DNA of 39,772 nt from a virus. The number at the start of each line of letters is the position of its first letter. Within the stretch, counting starts at the first letter, position 1. Positions 1 to 11,104 of this stretch are shown here, in pieces. The notes under the pieces were generated by a model. It was not told the DNA's origin, searched no databases, and saw only the letters and a program-made list of their open reading frames with translations. Both the position numbers and the translations under genes were made by a program. The DNA lies in the IMG/VR virus record IMGVR_UViG_3300045988_162015; one strand, 5' to 3'.

Positions 1-54
1 AAAGAGGATTGCCGCAATCAAATTATGTTAGACAACAATATGCAACAATAGCCT

Positions 55-468
55 ATGAATACTTCGTTCAATGAAGATGAATTTAATAAACTTATAAATA
101 AAATGGCTGCTTCTTGGGGTAGCTTTGGTATTTCAGCTGAAGAAGCTGGAAAAGCTATTAATGATTTAACAGCTAAACTTGATGAATTTACTAAAATAGC
201 TCCTTGTGATACCTATGAAATTAGGGGCGGTAGGGGCAACAAAAAAATGGCTATGCTCCGGCCAAGAGCAGGCGTAGAAACCGAAAGCTCAAATCGAAAA
301 TATGATTTAGAAATTTTTGATGAAAATGGTGATAGTAAATTAAAAATGCCATTTGATGAAGATTATGTTTATATTATTCCAACAGTTCAAGAAAAACCAA
401 TGAAGGTAGTCTTTGAAAATGATGAATTTATATGGAAAGGAGAAGTAAATCCCATTGATACTAACTGA
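55..468 (+). CDS. hypothetical protein. The frame stays open upstream to position 1 if the TAG at 49-51 is read as Gln, so the gene may be 5'-truncated by the window edge.
   Basis: ORF-track frame 1 ends at TGA 466-468. The in-frame upstream stretch 1-54 contains only a TAG. No SD motif precedes any of the candidate ATGs at 25, 40 or 55. Confidence 0.5.
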   Translation: MNTSFNEDEFNKLINKMAASWGSFGISAEEAGKAINDLTAKLDEFTKIAPCDTYEIRGGRGNKKMAMLRPRAGVETESSNRKYDLEIFDENGDSKLKMPFDEDYVYIIPTVQEKPMKVVFENDEFIWKGEVNPIDTN

Positions 469-528
469 TAAATAGAATGCTGGATTGAAAATTGCCGTAG
501 CCAGATACAAGAGCCGTGAATCTTATAC

Positions 529-1647
529 TTGTATTGCTGGCTACGCTTAACTGGAACGGGCAAATCTACATTAGTAAAATTTATAGTTCAATCATTGAAT
601 TTAAATCCTGAAACTGATGTAGCATATGTAGCTTATACTGGTAAAGCAGCCACTGTTCTTCAAACAAAAGGATGTCCTAATGCAACAACAGCACACAAGT
701 TATTATATGAAGCTAAGCCAAGACCCAATGGTACATTTTATTTAAAAAAAAGATGGCCTATTCCATATAAAGTAATTATTGTAGATGAAATATCAATGTT
801 GCCTAAAACAATGTGGGATTTGCTTCTTTCACATCATAAATATGTAATTGCTTGTGGTGATCCATTTTAGCTTCCACCAGTAGACCCAAATGAAAATAAT
901 CATGTTTTGGATAAGCCGCATATCTTTTTAGATGAAATTATGCGACAGGCCCAAGATAGTGAAATTATTAGATTATCTATGTGGGTACGAGAAGGTAAGC
1001 CCCTTGGGCAATTCCCAGTAGCTAAAGAATAGGTCTAGATTTTAAGGCCATATGAATTAATTCCAGAAATGTATGATTGGGCAGATCAAACTTTATGTGC
1101 TTCTAATAAAAGACGTATTGAAATTAATAATAAAGTTCGAGAGCGACAAGGGCGAGGAGCTACTCCAGAAATAGGAGATAAAATTATAGGATTAACTAAC
1201 CATTGGGATTTTACATCTACTGATGGTTTATGGCCTTTAACTAATGGATGTATTGGAACGATTACTAATTATCAAATTATTCCATATAATTATCCAAGCT
1301 TTATTTATAATAAACAACTCCAATATATGTTTACGGGGATGGATATACCCAATGGAAGATTTGAATCTATACCTATTGATTATGACGCTTTAATTACAGG
1401 TACTCCAGCCTTTGATAATAAGCAAGCATTTAGAATGAATAGTTTTGCTAGAAATACTGATGCATTAGAAGCTCCTTATTATTTTGCTTATGCTTATGCA
1501 ATAACTGTTTGGAAAGCTCAAGGTAGTGAATGGGATAAAGTGTTATTAATTGAAGAAGCCCATCCTTTTGATACATTAGAACATTAGAAATATTTATATA
1601 CTGGCATTACAAGAGCCAGTGAAAAATTAGTAGTTATAAGGAAATAA
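529..1647 (+). CDS. SF1B helicase, Pif1/RecD-like, read through 4 in-frame TAG codons (868, 1030, 1036, 1585). The N-terminus is uncertain.
   Basis: A Walker-A-like LTGTGKST follows the start. The motif GDPF[TAG]LPPV places TAG at the conserved Gln. The segment YTGITRASEKLVVI after the TAG at 1585 resembles helicase motif VI. The gene ends at TAA 1645-1647. An in-frame TGA lies at 517-519, and the only start-like codon is TTG at 529, which has no RBS. Confidence 0.7.
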
Positions 1648-1650
1648 TAT

Positions 1651-2250
1651 ATGAATGTATTAAGCATAGATTTTGATATTATTATGGCACCAAGTATTAA
1701 TTTATATAATAATATGGTTCCTGGGACTAATTGGGATGATTTATTAAAAAGTTTACCCAATCTTACAACAACTCCTGCTGATTTAAACATTTATTCTAAT
1801 ATACTTAGATATTTATTACGGACTATAGATAAAACAACTTCTATTTATATTTCTTATGGTCATAATAAAATAAAAGAATATTTACAATATGATTATGATT
1901 TAAATATAACTAATATAGATCATCATCATGATATTTTTTATAATCCTAAAGACGCAGAAAATAAATTGTGTGATTGTAGTTGTGCTGATTGGGTTAAATA
2001 TTTTCATGATTAGGGTAAATTAAAAGATTATACTTGGGTTCATAATGATAATTCTTGTGATCCAACTTTTGAAGTAAATTTTAAATATAATAAAATTCCT
2101 TTTAAAGAATTTAAATTCGCTGAATCTTATGATAAGTATTTTATTTGTTTATCTCCTGAATGGGTTCCACCTTATTATCATAGTTTATTTTATACTATTT
2201 TGGATTGTTTAAATGAAAAAAATAATTATCATTTGGAGATTGTAGGATAA
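1651..2250 (+). CDS. hypothetical protein (199 aa), read through the TAG at 2011-2013; contains an HHHD cluster.
   Basis: ORF 1651..2013 continues in the same frame through TAG to TAA at 2248-2250. The codon count was checked by hand. Confidence 0.6.
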
Positions 2251-2441
2251 TGGAAATACAAAATTTACTTAATTAGTTAGGTTGTGAGTTAGAACAACAA
2301 CAACAACATAATCAAAACCAAATTGATTATTTACGCAATGAAAATCAAAAATTAAAAAATAATTTATCAACATATAAATAGAATTTAATTGAATTAGCCG
2401 GTATCATAAATAGAATAGCTAATTAGATAGATGATTTTTAA
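2250..2441 (+). CDS. small Gln-rich coiled-coil protein (63 aa) with 3 in-frame TAG codons.
   Basis: The ATG overlaps the previous stop (TAATG). The frame is open to TAA 2439-2441 apart from TAG. The sequence is QQQQHNQNQ-rich. Confidence 0.4.
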
Positions 2442-2443
2442 AA

Positions 2444-2472
2444 TTGCTTTTGATGAAATTATATGATATAAT
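2444..2472 (+). promoter_or_regulatory. candidate sigma70-like promoter for the polymerase gene (-35 TTGCTT, 17-nt spacer, -10 TATAAT).
   Basis: TTGCTT at 2444-2449 and TATAAT at 2467-2472, sitting in the 67-nt gap between the stop at 2441 and the RBS at 2495. Confidence 0.35.
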
Positions 2473-2508
2473 ATTTATAGAAAATAATAGAATTAAGGAG
2501 GTAGGGAA

Positions 2509-5500
2509 TTGGATACTTATTTTGGTTGTCATAATCATACTGATTATTCGAACCTCCGTTTACTTGATTGTATAAATAAACCAGAAACTTTAATTGATAA
2601 AGCTATTGAATTAGGACTTTCGGGAATTGCCATTACAGATCACGAAAGTCTTTCTGCACATATGACAGTAAATCAATATGCTAAAAAAATTAAAGAGAAA
2701 TACCCAGATTTTAAAATAGCATTAGGTAATGAGATTTATTTAACCGATGATAGAAGTACAGGACAAAAATATTATCACTTTATTCTAATTGCTAAAGATG
2801 CTATAGGTTATCGAGCATTAAAAGAATTAAGTTCAATTGCTTGGCAAAATTTATATGTTGATAGAAAAATGGAACGAGTTCCACTTTTAAAGAGTGAATT
2901 AAAGCCAATAGTAGAAAAGTATAAAGGGCATTTAATTGCTACTACTGCTTGTATCGGCGGAGAGTTAGGAACTTGTTTATTAAAAGCAACAGAATACCAA
3001 GAGCAAGAAAATAAATATGAATTATACCAAACATTAAAACAAATAGATACTTTTCTTACTTTTTGCCAAGATTTATTTGGTGAAGATTTTTATTTAGAGA
3101 TTGCACCATCAACTGCGGCAGATCAAAAACTTGTAAATCATATGATTTATAAAATTGGTCGTAAATATGGAATTAAAGTAGAAGTTGCTACAGATAGCCA
3201 TTATTTAACTAAAGAAGATAGACCAATTCATAAGGCTTATCTTAATTCAAAAGACGGCGAACGAGAAGTTGACAAATTTTATGAATTTGCTCATTTAATG
3301 ACTTATGATGAAGTCTTTAAATTAATTGAACCTTGTTTTATTTACTTAGATATTGAAGAACAACCAGAAGAAATCGCAAAAGAAATTTTAAATAATACTC
3401 TTGAAATCCAAAATAAAATTGAAGATTTTTCGCTTGAAAGAAAACAAATAATTCCAAAAGTAGAGGTAACTGATTACCCTCAATCATTAACTGGTTGGTA
3501 TGGTGAGCGTGAAGAGAAATATCCTGTTTTATGTAGCTTATTAATGAGCAACAATCCTCAAGAACGTTATTGGGTTAATGAATGTTATATGTCTTTATTG
3601 GAAAAGATGTATAATAAAAGTATTTCAGATGATAAGTTAGAAATTTATTTAAGTCGTCTTGAAACTGAAGCTGATATTATAAAAGATATTGGTGAAAAAT
3701 TGGATGACTGCCTTTTTGCTTATTTTAATACCTTTAAACATTATATTGATTTGTTTTGGGATTGTGGTTCTATTGTAGGTCCAGGACGTGGCTCGGCCAC
3801 AGGTTTCTTATCTAATTATTTGTTAGGTATTACTCAGCTTGACCCTATAAGATGGGGTCTTCCTTATTGGCGTTTCCTAAACAAAGAACGTGCTGAGTTG
3901 CCTGATATTGATATTGACTTAGCTCCTTCAAAACGTCCAGCGATTTTTGAAGCTATTCGTAAAGAGCGTGGAGAGTTAGGCTTAATTCAGGTTGCTACAT
4001 TTGGTACTGAAACTACTAAATCTGCTATTCTTACGGCTTGTAGAGGTTATAGGTCTGATGATTATCCAAATGGTATTGATGTAGATGAAGCCCAATATAT
4101 GTCTTCTCTTATCCCACAAGAACGTGGATTTTTATGGGAAATTAATGATGTCATTTATGGTAATGAAGAAAAAGATAGAAAGCCTGTAAAAACATTTATT
4201 AATAAAGTAAATGAATATCCGGGCCTTCTTGATATAATTATTTATATTGGTGGCATTGTTAATAAACGTTCTTCTCATGCTTCTGGTGTTATTCTTTATG
4301 GTGATGACCCATATGATACAGCAGCATTTATGAGAACTCCCAGCGGTAGTTTAATTACTTGTTGGGACTTACATCAGGCGGAAGCTGCTGGAGATACTAA
4401 ATATGATTTCCTTGTAACTGAAGCTTCTGATAAAATTATTACTTGTTATGAATTATTATTAAAAGCTAAAGAAATTCCTGATTTATCTTTAAGAGATTTT
4501 TATAATCAATATATTCATCCAGAAGTAATAGATACAACAGATCAAAAAATTTGGGATCATCTTGCCGCAGGCGATGTATTAGACTGTTTCCAGTTTTCTA
4601 CTGGCGTAGGATTAGCTATTGCTAAAAAATTAAAACCACAAGATCCTATGGAAATGACTGCGGCTAATGCCATGATGCGTCTTATGTCTGAAAAAGGTAA
4701 GGAATCACAACAAGATAGATTTTATCGTATTCAGCATCAAGGCATCCAAGCATTTGATAAAGAAATGAAACAACATCATTTGCCGCAAGAGCTTATTGAT
4801 AAATTCCATAAGCATTGTGATAAATATTATGGTTGTTGCCCTTTACAAGAGCAAATGATGGAAATTCTTATGGATATAGCACATTTTACATTGGGAGAAG
4901 CAAATTCCGCCCGTAAAGTTGTTGCTAAAAAACAAATGGCTAAAATTCCTCAATTAAAAGAATAGGTATTTAACCGTTTTGATAATAAAAATGATGCAGA
5001 ATATTTTTGGGAAACAGCAGTTGCACCGCAATTAGGATATGCTTTTAGCTTAAATCACTCGCTTCCTTATTCTTTTGTGGCTATTCAAATGATTTATTTT
5101 GTTATTCATTATAATCCTATCTATTGGAATTGTGCTTGTCTGATTGTTAATAGTGGATCTTTGGAAGACAATAGTGAAGAAGAAATTGTAGATATTTATG
5201 ATCCAGAAGCAGATGATTTAGCCAATGGTGTTACTTTTGAAGATTTGCCAGATAAAAAATCAAAAGTAAGAAAAACTAATTCTACTGATTATGGAAAGAT
5301 TGCTAAGGCTATTGGCGATATTCGTAAGGCTGGTATCCAAGTAAGTCTTGCTGATATTAACAAATCAGAATTTAGTTTTATTCCTGATGTGGAAAATAAT
5401 CAAATTCTATTTGGTTTAAAAGGTATGCTAAATGTTGGAGACGATGTAGTTAAAGCTATTATTGAAAATAGACCTTATAAATCTCCAAGAGATTTTTTAA

Positions 5501-6510
5501 ATAAAGTTAATCCTAATAAGCAAGCAATGATTTCACTTATTAAAGGTGGAGCATTTGATCATATGATGGATAGAAAACTTTGTATGGTCTGGTATATTTG
5601 GGAAACTTGTGATAAAAAGAAAAATCTTAATCTTCAAAATTTAGCTACTTTAATGAAATTCAATCTTCTTCCTGCAGATACTCTTGAACGGCAGCAAGCT
5701 TTACACATTTATGAATTTACTCGTTATTTAAAACAAATTTGTAAATATGATAAAGTTTATTACAAATTGGATGATAGAGCTATTGATTTTTTACAAAAAA
5801 TTGATAAAGATGATTTAATTCAGAGTAAAGATTCTAACTTTTATTTAAATATTAAAGATTGGAATGATAAAGTTTATCAAGGCTGGATGGATGTTTATCG
5901 TAAACAGATTGCTGATAATAAAGAAGAAATTTTAAATAAATTAAATGAAATTGTATTTAAAGAGGATTGGAAAAAATATTGTCCTAAAGTAAATTATTCA
6001 GCTTGGGAAATGGAAGTATTATGCTTCTATTATCATGAACATGAATTGGCTCAAGTTAATCAAAGCAAATATGGCTTCGCTGATTTTTATAGCTTACCTG
6101 AAGATCCAGTAGTAGAGAGAAGTTTTGTTAAAGCTGGAAAAACAATTAATATTTATTATTTATCTAAATTATGCGGTACTTGTATTGCTAAGAATAAAAA
6201 TAAAAGTATCGTAACAATTCTTACTCCAACAGGAGTAGTAAATGTAAAATTTAGAAAAGAATATTTTACATTATTCGATAAACAAATTTCTCAAAAACAA
6301 CCTGATGGAACTAAAAAAATTATTGAAAAATCTTGGTTTAATCGCGGTAATATGATTGTGGTTCAGGGCATTCGCTCCGGTGATGATTTCATCGCTAAAA
6401 AGTACGCCTCAACCGCTGGTCATCAACTTTATCATATTGATGAAATTCAATCTAATGGAAATTTAATTTTACGGAATAATCGTTTTTAGGGAGAAGCTGA
6501 AGATGAATAA
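2509..6510 (+). CDS. dnaE: DnaE-like DNA polymerase III alpha subunit (about 1333 aa) with a TTG start and one internal TAG (4963-4965) read as Gln.
   Basis: N-terminal PHP domain (FGCHNHTDYS...ITDHESL). The core contains GPGRGSA, DIDIDL and the block GYAFSLNHS...IQM just after the TAG. AAGGAGG lies 7 nt upstream of TTG 2509, and the upstream in-frame TAA at 2494 excludes an ATG start. The frame is continuous through the TAG at 6487 to TAA 6508-6510. Confidence 0.85.
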
Positions 6511-7072
6511 TAAAAAATATCAATTAGTAGCACTCATAGGTAAAGCCGGTTCAGGCAAAGATACTATTTTAAAAGATGTAGTAAAAGCTTATGAATTACC
6601 TATGAATATTGTTGTTTCTTATACAACTCGTCCAATGCGTGAAGGAGAGACAGAAGGAAAAGAATATCATTTTATATCTGAAGAAGATTTTAAGCAAATG
6701 ATAAATAATAATCAAATGCTTGAATATGTTCAATTTAACAATTGGTGGTATGGGACTGGCATTAAATGTTTAGCTGATGATAAAATTAATATAGGTATTT
6801 TTAATCCTTCTGGCATTAGATCATTAATCAATTTTCCAGAAATTGATTTACGGATATATTATATTCATGCTTCTGACAAACAACGTTTCCTTCGTCAATT
6901 AAATAGAGAGGAATACCCTGATATTAAAGAAATTATTAGGCGTTATTCTGCTGATGAAGAAGATTTTAAAAATATAAATTTTGATAATATGCAAATTTTA
7001 TTTAATGAAACTGAAAGAGATAGATTAAAATGCTGTGATATAATTACAGATTATGATTGGTTTTGGTACTAA
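6503..7072 (+). CDS. gmk: guanylate kinase-like / dNMP kinase.
   Basis: P-loop GKAGSGKDT and TTRPMREGE, the guanylate kinase signature. The ATG overlaps the polymerase tail. No TAG codons. Confidence 0.7.
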   Translation: MNNKKYQLVALIGKAGSGKDTILKDVVKAYELPMNIVVSYTTRPMREGETEGKEYHFISEEDFKQMINNNQMLEYVQFNNWWYGTGIKCLADDKINIGIFNPSGIRSLINFPEIDLRIYYIHASDKQRFLRQLNREEYPDIKEIIRRYSADEEDFKNINFDNMQILFNETERDRLKCCDIITDYDWFWY

Positions 7073-7108
7073 ATTTTAAGCCAAAATAGATAATTAACTA
7101 ATAACAAA

Positions 7109-7152
7109 CACTAAATATAGTATAAGTTTAAAAATTCATACTATATTTAGTG
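7109..7152 (+). promoter_or_regulatory. perfect 15-bp stem-loop immediately upstream of the nrdD RBS. It is not T-tailed, so it is a possible RNase III or attenuator site rather than a terminator.
   Basis: CACTAAATATAGTAT, a 14-nt loop, then ATACTATATTTAGTG, followed by GGAGG and ATG at 7164. Confidence 0.4.
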
Positions 7153-7163
7153 CGGAGGTTAAA

Positions 7164-8450
7164 ATGTATATAATTAAACGTGATGGTACAGTTGTATTAT
7201 TTGATAAAAATAAAATAATTAATGCTATTAACAAAGCATTTATAGAAGTCGATGGATAGTTATATGAAAATGATACAGCTACTGATATTGCCAATGATAT
7301 TGAATCTTGGATAAATAAATGTCCAGATGGTAGTATTGAAGTAGAAGATATCCAAGATATAATTGAAGATTATTTAATGTAGTCAGAACGACGTGATGTT
7401 GCTCGTGCTTATATTAGATATAGATATAAAAAAGAAGTAGCTCGATAGAAAAAAGATGATTTTATTCAAGCTATTAGAAAAAAATTAGATGGTAAAGATA
7501 TTAAAAATCAAAATGCTAATGTAGATGAAGCATCATTCGGTGGCCGCATTGGTGAAGCCAGTAGTGTTGTAACGAAACAATTAGCTTTAGATTATATTGT
7601 ATCTCCTATGACACGCAAAAATCATTTAGAAAATATAATTTATACTCATGATTTAGATGCTTATTATGTTGGTTCTCATAATTGTTTAAGTGTACCTTTT
7701 GATGATTTACTTGCTAAAGGATTTAATACACGTCAAACTGATGTGCGTCCGGCAGGTTCAGTAAATACAGCTTTCCAATTAGTAGCTGTTATTTTCCAAA
7801 TTCAAAGTCTTTCTCAATTTGGTGGCGTTAGTGCTACTCATCTTGATTGGACTATGGTTCCTTATGTTCGTAAATCTTTTTATAAGCATTATCGTGATGG
7901 TATGAAATATTTATGCAATTGTAATTGGAATTTAAATAATTATTTAGAAGATAGCGACAGCTATAAAAGAATTATAGATATTCCAATCAATGATTATTCT
8001 GCATATTCAAATGAAATAGATGATGTTGGAGATTTTGATAAAGTATATCAATATGCTATGGATATGACTTTAAAAGAAGTTCATCAAGCAGTTGAAGGTA
8101 TGTATCATAATCTTAACACATTACAATCACGTTCTGGTAATCAATTACCTTTCACATCTATTAATTATGGTACTTGTACTCTTCCAGAAGGAAGAATGAT
8201 TACTAAAGCTCTTTTGGATGTATCTATTGAAGGTATTGGTAAATTACATAAAACATCTATTTTCCCTTGTGGTATTTTCCAATGCATGAAAGGAGTTAAC
8301 CGTGAACCAGGTGACCCAAATTACGATTTGTTTAAACTCGCACTATAGTCCACCGCCCAAAGATTATATCCCAACTATGCAAATGTTGATTGGTCAGGGA
8401 ACGCTGGATATGACATTAATGACCCCCGCACCTATTTTTCTACAATGGGT
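7164..8450 (+). CDS. nrdD: anaerobic ribonucleoside-triphosphate reductase NrdD, exon 1 (ATP-cone plus the N-terminal part of the core), with 4 in-frame TAG codons.
   Basis: ATP-cone MYIIKRDGTVVLFDKNKI. Conserved DPNYDLFKLAL[TAG]...RLYPN...STMG ends at a U at 8450, and exon 2 continues with CRTANGYD. Confidence 0.85.
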
Positions 8451-9300
8451 AAGCGAAAACTCAGCCCATTTAAAATCTTTTGAACCGCGCCAGCGGGTGT
8501 CTCTATAAAGAGGCTAACGGTTAGGTCTTAATATAATTGGCTGTAATATTAAGATGAGACCGTGCTAAGATTCATCATAATATTCATATAAAGGAGGTAT
8601 CCTTAATGTGGATATATAAAATAACAAATATTCAAAATAATAAAGTATATATTGGTTAGTCTATTAGACCAATTAATCAAAGATTCCAAAGACATATAAA
8701 TGATGCTCTTAATAATATTCTTGATACTCATTTTGCCAGAGCAATAAGAAAATATGGTAAAGAAAATTTTATTATAGAAGAAATTGATACAGCAAACACG
8801 CAACAAGAGTTAAATGAAAAAGAGCAATATTGGATTAAATATTATAATTCAGTAATAGATGGTTATAATGAAACAGACGCTATTTCTAAATGCGGTGGAA
8901 ATACTTATCAATCTAAAACTGATGAAGAAATAGAAGTTATTAAAAATAAAATTCGACAAACTAAAGTAGGAAGTAAAAATCCTATGGCTAAAAAAATAAA
9001 AAGAATAAATATTTTTACTAATGAAATAGATATTTTTGATACTATTATTAGTTGTGCTAAAGCTTGTGGAATTTAGAATGGTAAAACTTCTATTACAAAT
9101 AGATTAAATGGAAAAATTAAAAGTCCATTTAGAAATACTTGGAAATTTGAATATTATGATGAATAAAGTGTATCGACTATCCCTGATGAATGTAAGGGAG
9201 TAGGCTTGGAGATAGGCACCGAGCCGAAGCGGAAGACAACTCTATTTTATAGATAGAATGATAATATAGTCAGTGCCAATGGTGACATTGGGTAATCATG
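8451..9300 (+). mobile_element. group I self-splicing intron (850 nt) in nrdD carrying a homing endonuclease ORF.
   Basis: The 5' exon ends in U. The P1 pairing is exon AATGGGU with intron GCCCATT about 13 nt in, with a U-G wobble at the splice site. The intron ends in G at 9300. The exons rejoin in frame (…STMG|CRTANGY…), matching the NrdD family. Confidence 0.75.
8606..9166 (+). CDS. GIY-YIG homing endonuclease encoded inside the intron (186 aa), with 2 in-frame TAG codons at 8657 and 9074.
   Basis: WIYKITN...KVYIG[TAG]S GIY-YIG motif, a conserved Arg (RFQRH), and a Glu in EQYWIKYY. AAGGAGG lies 8 nt upstream. The 187-codon count was verified by hand. Confidence 0.8.
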
Positions 9301-10278
9301 TGCAGAACAGCCAATGGATACGATATTAACGGTTTCGGTTAGCTAAAAGATGGCCGTGGTAATATTTGTCCAGTAACTATTATTCTTCCTACTTTAGCTA
9401 TGATTGCTAAAAAAGAATGTGAAGAAGAAGGGCAAGAAGAAGATATTATTCCAGTATTTATGGCTTTATTAAATAGAAAAATTAATGAAGCTCGCATTCA
9501 ATTAATGGAGCGTTTTGATTGGATTTGCTCTCAAGATCCTAAGTCTGCTAAATTTATGTATGAAAATAATTTAATGGCTGGCTATATTCCAGAAGAAGGA
9601 ATTAGAAGTGCCCTTAAGCATGGCACATTAGCCATTGGACAAATTGGTTTAGCAGAAACTCTTTAGATTCTTATTGGTAAAGACCATACAACTAAAGAAG
9701 GTATGGAATTAGCGAAACGAATTGAACAAATGTTTAAAGATTACTGTGCAAAAGCAAAAGAACAATTTAAACTTAATTTTGGAGTTTATTACACTCCTGC
9801 TGAAAATTTATGCTATACAGCAATGAATAAGTTTAAAGAAAAGTACGGCATTATTCCTAATGTGTCTGACAAAGAATTCTTCACTAACAGTATTCATGTT
9901 CCTGTATGGAAGAAAATGTCTCCATTTGATAAAATTGATATTGAAAGTCAATTAACTGGTTATTCTTCTGCTGGATGCATTACATATGTAGAGTTAGATT
10001 CTACAGTAAAACACAATATTGATGCCCTTGAACAAATTGTCAATTATGCTATGGATAAGGATATTCCTTATTTTGCAGTAAATGTGCCTAATGATACTTG
10101 TTTAAGTTGTGGATACTGTGATGAATTTAATGATAAGTGCCCTGAATGTGGTAGCCCTAATATTCAATAGTTACGTCGTGTTACTGGTTATCTTACTGGT
10201 AATTATAAGACTGCTTTTAATTATGGCAAACAAAAAGAAGTAGAAGCACGAGTAAAGCATACGGGGTAGATGGAATGA
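9301..10278 (+). CDS. nrdD: NrdD exon 2 (glycyl-radical and Zn-ribbon C-terminal half), read through 4 TAG codons. It ends at TGA 10276-10278.
   Basis: CRTANGYDINGFG...RGN, the Zn site CLSCGYCDEFNDKCPECG, and the glycyl radical motif RRVTGYLTG. The frame matches ORFs 9400..9666 and 9703..10170. Confidence 0.85.
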
Positions 10279-10622
10279 TACATTCAATTTATGATTTAGC
10301 GAATTATTTTAATTAGAAAGAGGGAAGGAAATATCCTTGTTCTAATTAGATAGTAATATGTGCTTATATAACAAATAATTCACAAGAAGTCTATGATTAT
10401 TTGAATAAAAATAATATTATACCAATCAGAGTATCAAAAACTCGTATAGAATGGCAAGAAAATAATGAGCGATGGATATGGTTACCTATAACCTAGAATA
10501 CTAGAGGCTATAGATTTAATAAAGTAAAAATATCTAAAAATTATAATAATGAAGAAATATTAAAAACAATAATTATTCCTTATTGTAGTTTATATTGTTG
10601 CTCTTGGGAGGTTATGGAATGA
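10275..10622 (+). CDS. possible small hypothetical protein (115 aa) with 3 in-frame TAG codons, sitting between nrdD and nrdG.
   Basis: The frame is open from ATG 10275 to TGA 10620-10622 apart from TAG. ATGA-type overlaps occur at both ends. No recognisable motifs, so it may be spurious. Confidence 0.3.
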
Positions 10623-11104
10623 AATATGCAGGAATTATAAAAAATGATATTGCCGCAGCTCCGGGAGTATGTGTCTCCTTTTTCACCCAAGGTTGCCCCC
10701 ATCATTGTTTTGGATGTCATAATCCTGAAACTTGGGATTTTGAAAAAGGTAAAGAATTTACCAATGAGACTTTTGGAGAAATATTTCAAGCCCTTCAAGC
10801 AAATGGCATTCATAGAGATTTTTGTATAATGGGTGGTGAACCATTATGTGAACAAAATCAATTACTCACTCTACTTCTTATTAATACAATTAAAGAAAAA
10901 CTTCCTGATACTAAAATTTATATTTGGACTGGGTATTACTATGAAGATTTAATTAAGCAAATTACTAATGGTAAACTTCAAGAAATTCTTAAAAAAGCTG
11001 ATGTATTAATTGACGGTCCATATATTCAGTCTCAAAGAGATATTACATTATCAATGAGAGGTAGTAAAAATCAAAATATTATAAACTTAAAGGAGATGAA
11101 TTAA
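10619..11104 (+). CDS. nrdG: anaerobic RNR activating protein NrdG (radical SAM).
   Basis: MKYAGIIKNDIAAAPGVCVSFFTQGCPHHCFGCHNPETWDF, the CxxxCxxC-type NrdG cluster. GGGAGG lies 7 nt upstream of ATG 10619. The ORF-track start at 10595 is a TTG. Confidence 0.8.
   Translation: MKYAGIIKNDIAAAPGVCVSFFTQGCPHHCFGCHNPETWDFEKGKEFTNETFGEIFQALQANGIHRDFCIMGGEPLCEQNQLLTLLLINTIKEKLPDTKIYIWTGYYYEDLIKQITNGKLQEILKKADVLIDGPYIQSQRDITLSMRGSKNQNIINLKEMN

Noticed and set aside
8302-8508. ORF 8302..8508 (+), 68 aa.
   Set aside because: It is out of frame with nrdD exon 1 and spans the exon/intron boundary. It is an artefact of the intron 5' region.
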